Of a stretch of 64,000 bases of DNA, positions 63,987 to 64,000 are shown piece after piece. The notes beneath the pieces are model-generated. The model was not told where the DNA came from and did no database searches. It saw only the letters and a list, made by a program, of their open reading frames with translations. Source of the DNA: Candidatus Puniceispirillum sp. (GTDB lineage Bacteria > Pseudomonadota > Alphaproteobacteria > Caedimonadales > UBA1908). Every line of letters begins with the position of its first letter. Position 1 is the stretch's first letter. A program made the translations under genes and the position numbers. The stretch lies in assembly GCA_013822015.1 (NCBI GenBank), contig PNJU01000001.1, forward strand, positions 16,797 to 80,796. The letters are read 5' to 3'.

Positions 63987-64000
63987 TTTTTTCTCCTATG

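Overview
This 64-kb chromosomal window most likely comes from an alphaproteobacterium. The clues are a Ros/MucR-type regulator, a three-gene pntAA-pntAB-pntB set, and the gene orders rpmH-rnpA-yidD-yidC-engB, fabD-fabG-acpP-fabF-mltG and miaB-phoH-ybeY-corC...lnt. All calls rest on reading the ORF translations and the DNA by eye; no database search was possible.

Conserved housekeeping blocks are interleaved with accessory genes. Spot counts on single 60-nt lines gave about 38-48% G+C in three accessory genes versus about 60% in yidC. Nearly all accessory genes encode proteins with Sec-type signal peptides.

Three of these proteins carry eukaryote-like modules, which suggests an intracellular symbiont or pathogen of a eukaryote:
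- an F-box plus 25-residue LRR protein (5091-6515)
- an 1177-aa protein with an OTU-type cysteine-protease core (22701-26234)
- a proline-rich protein with WH2-like motifs and a WASP/RickA-like connector-acidic tail ending DDDFDW (31972-33792), the best candidate for something new

Other notable structure:
- a tandem array of five intact and one decayed paralogous small secreted-protein genes (102-2831)
- a second paralog family of secreted proteins (55060-59372) inside an 8.6-kb block that splits the conserved corC-lnt junction
- a folE-SDR plus eukaryote-type PTPS pterin module
- a truncated haemoglobin with an adjacent ferredoxin-reductase-type partner
- a CopA multicopper oxidase fused to a CopB-like C-terminal domain
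- a BacNav-type channel with a non-canonical selectivity filter
- a direct duplication of tRNA-Arg(CCU) plus flanking DNA that brackets a 3.3-kb lower-GC insert encoding a fused membrane/spermidine-synthase protein
- a 106-bp repeat (R) present three times

I found no rRNA, CRISPR array, transposase, integrase or secretion-system gene.
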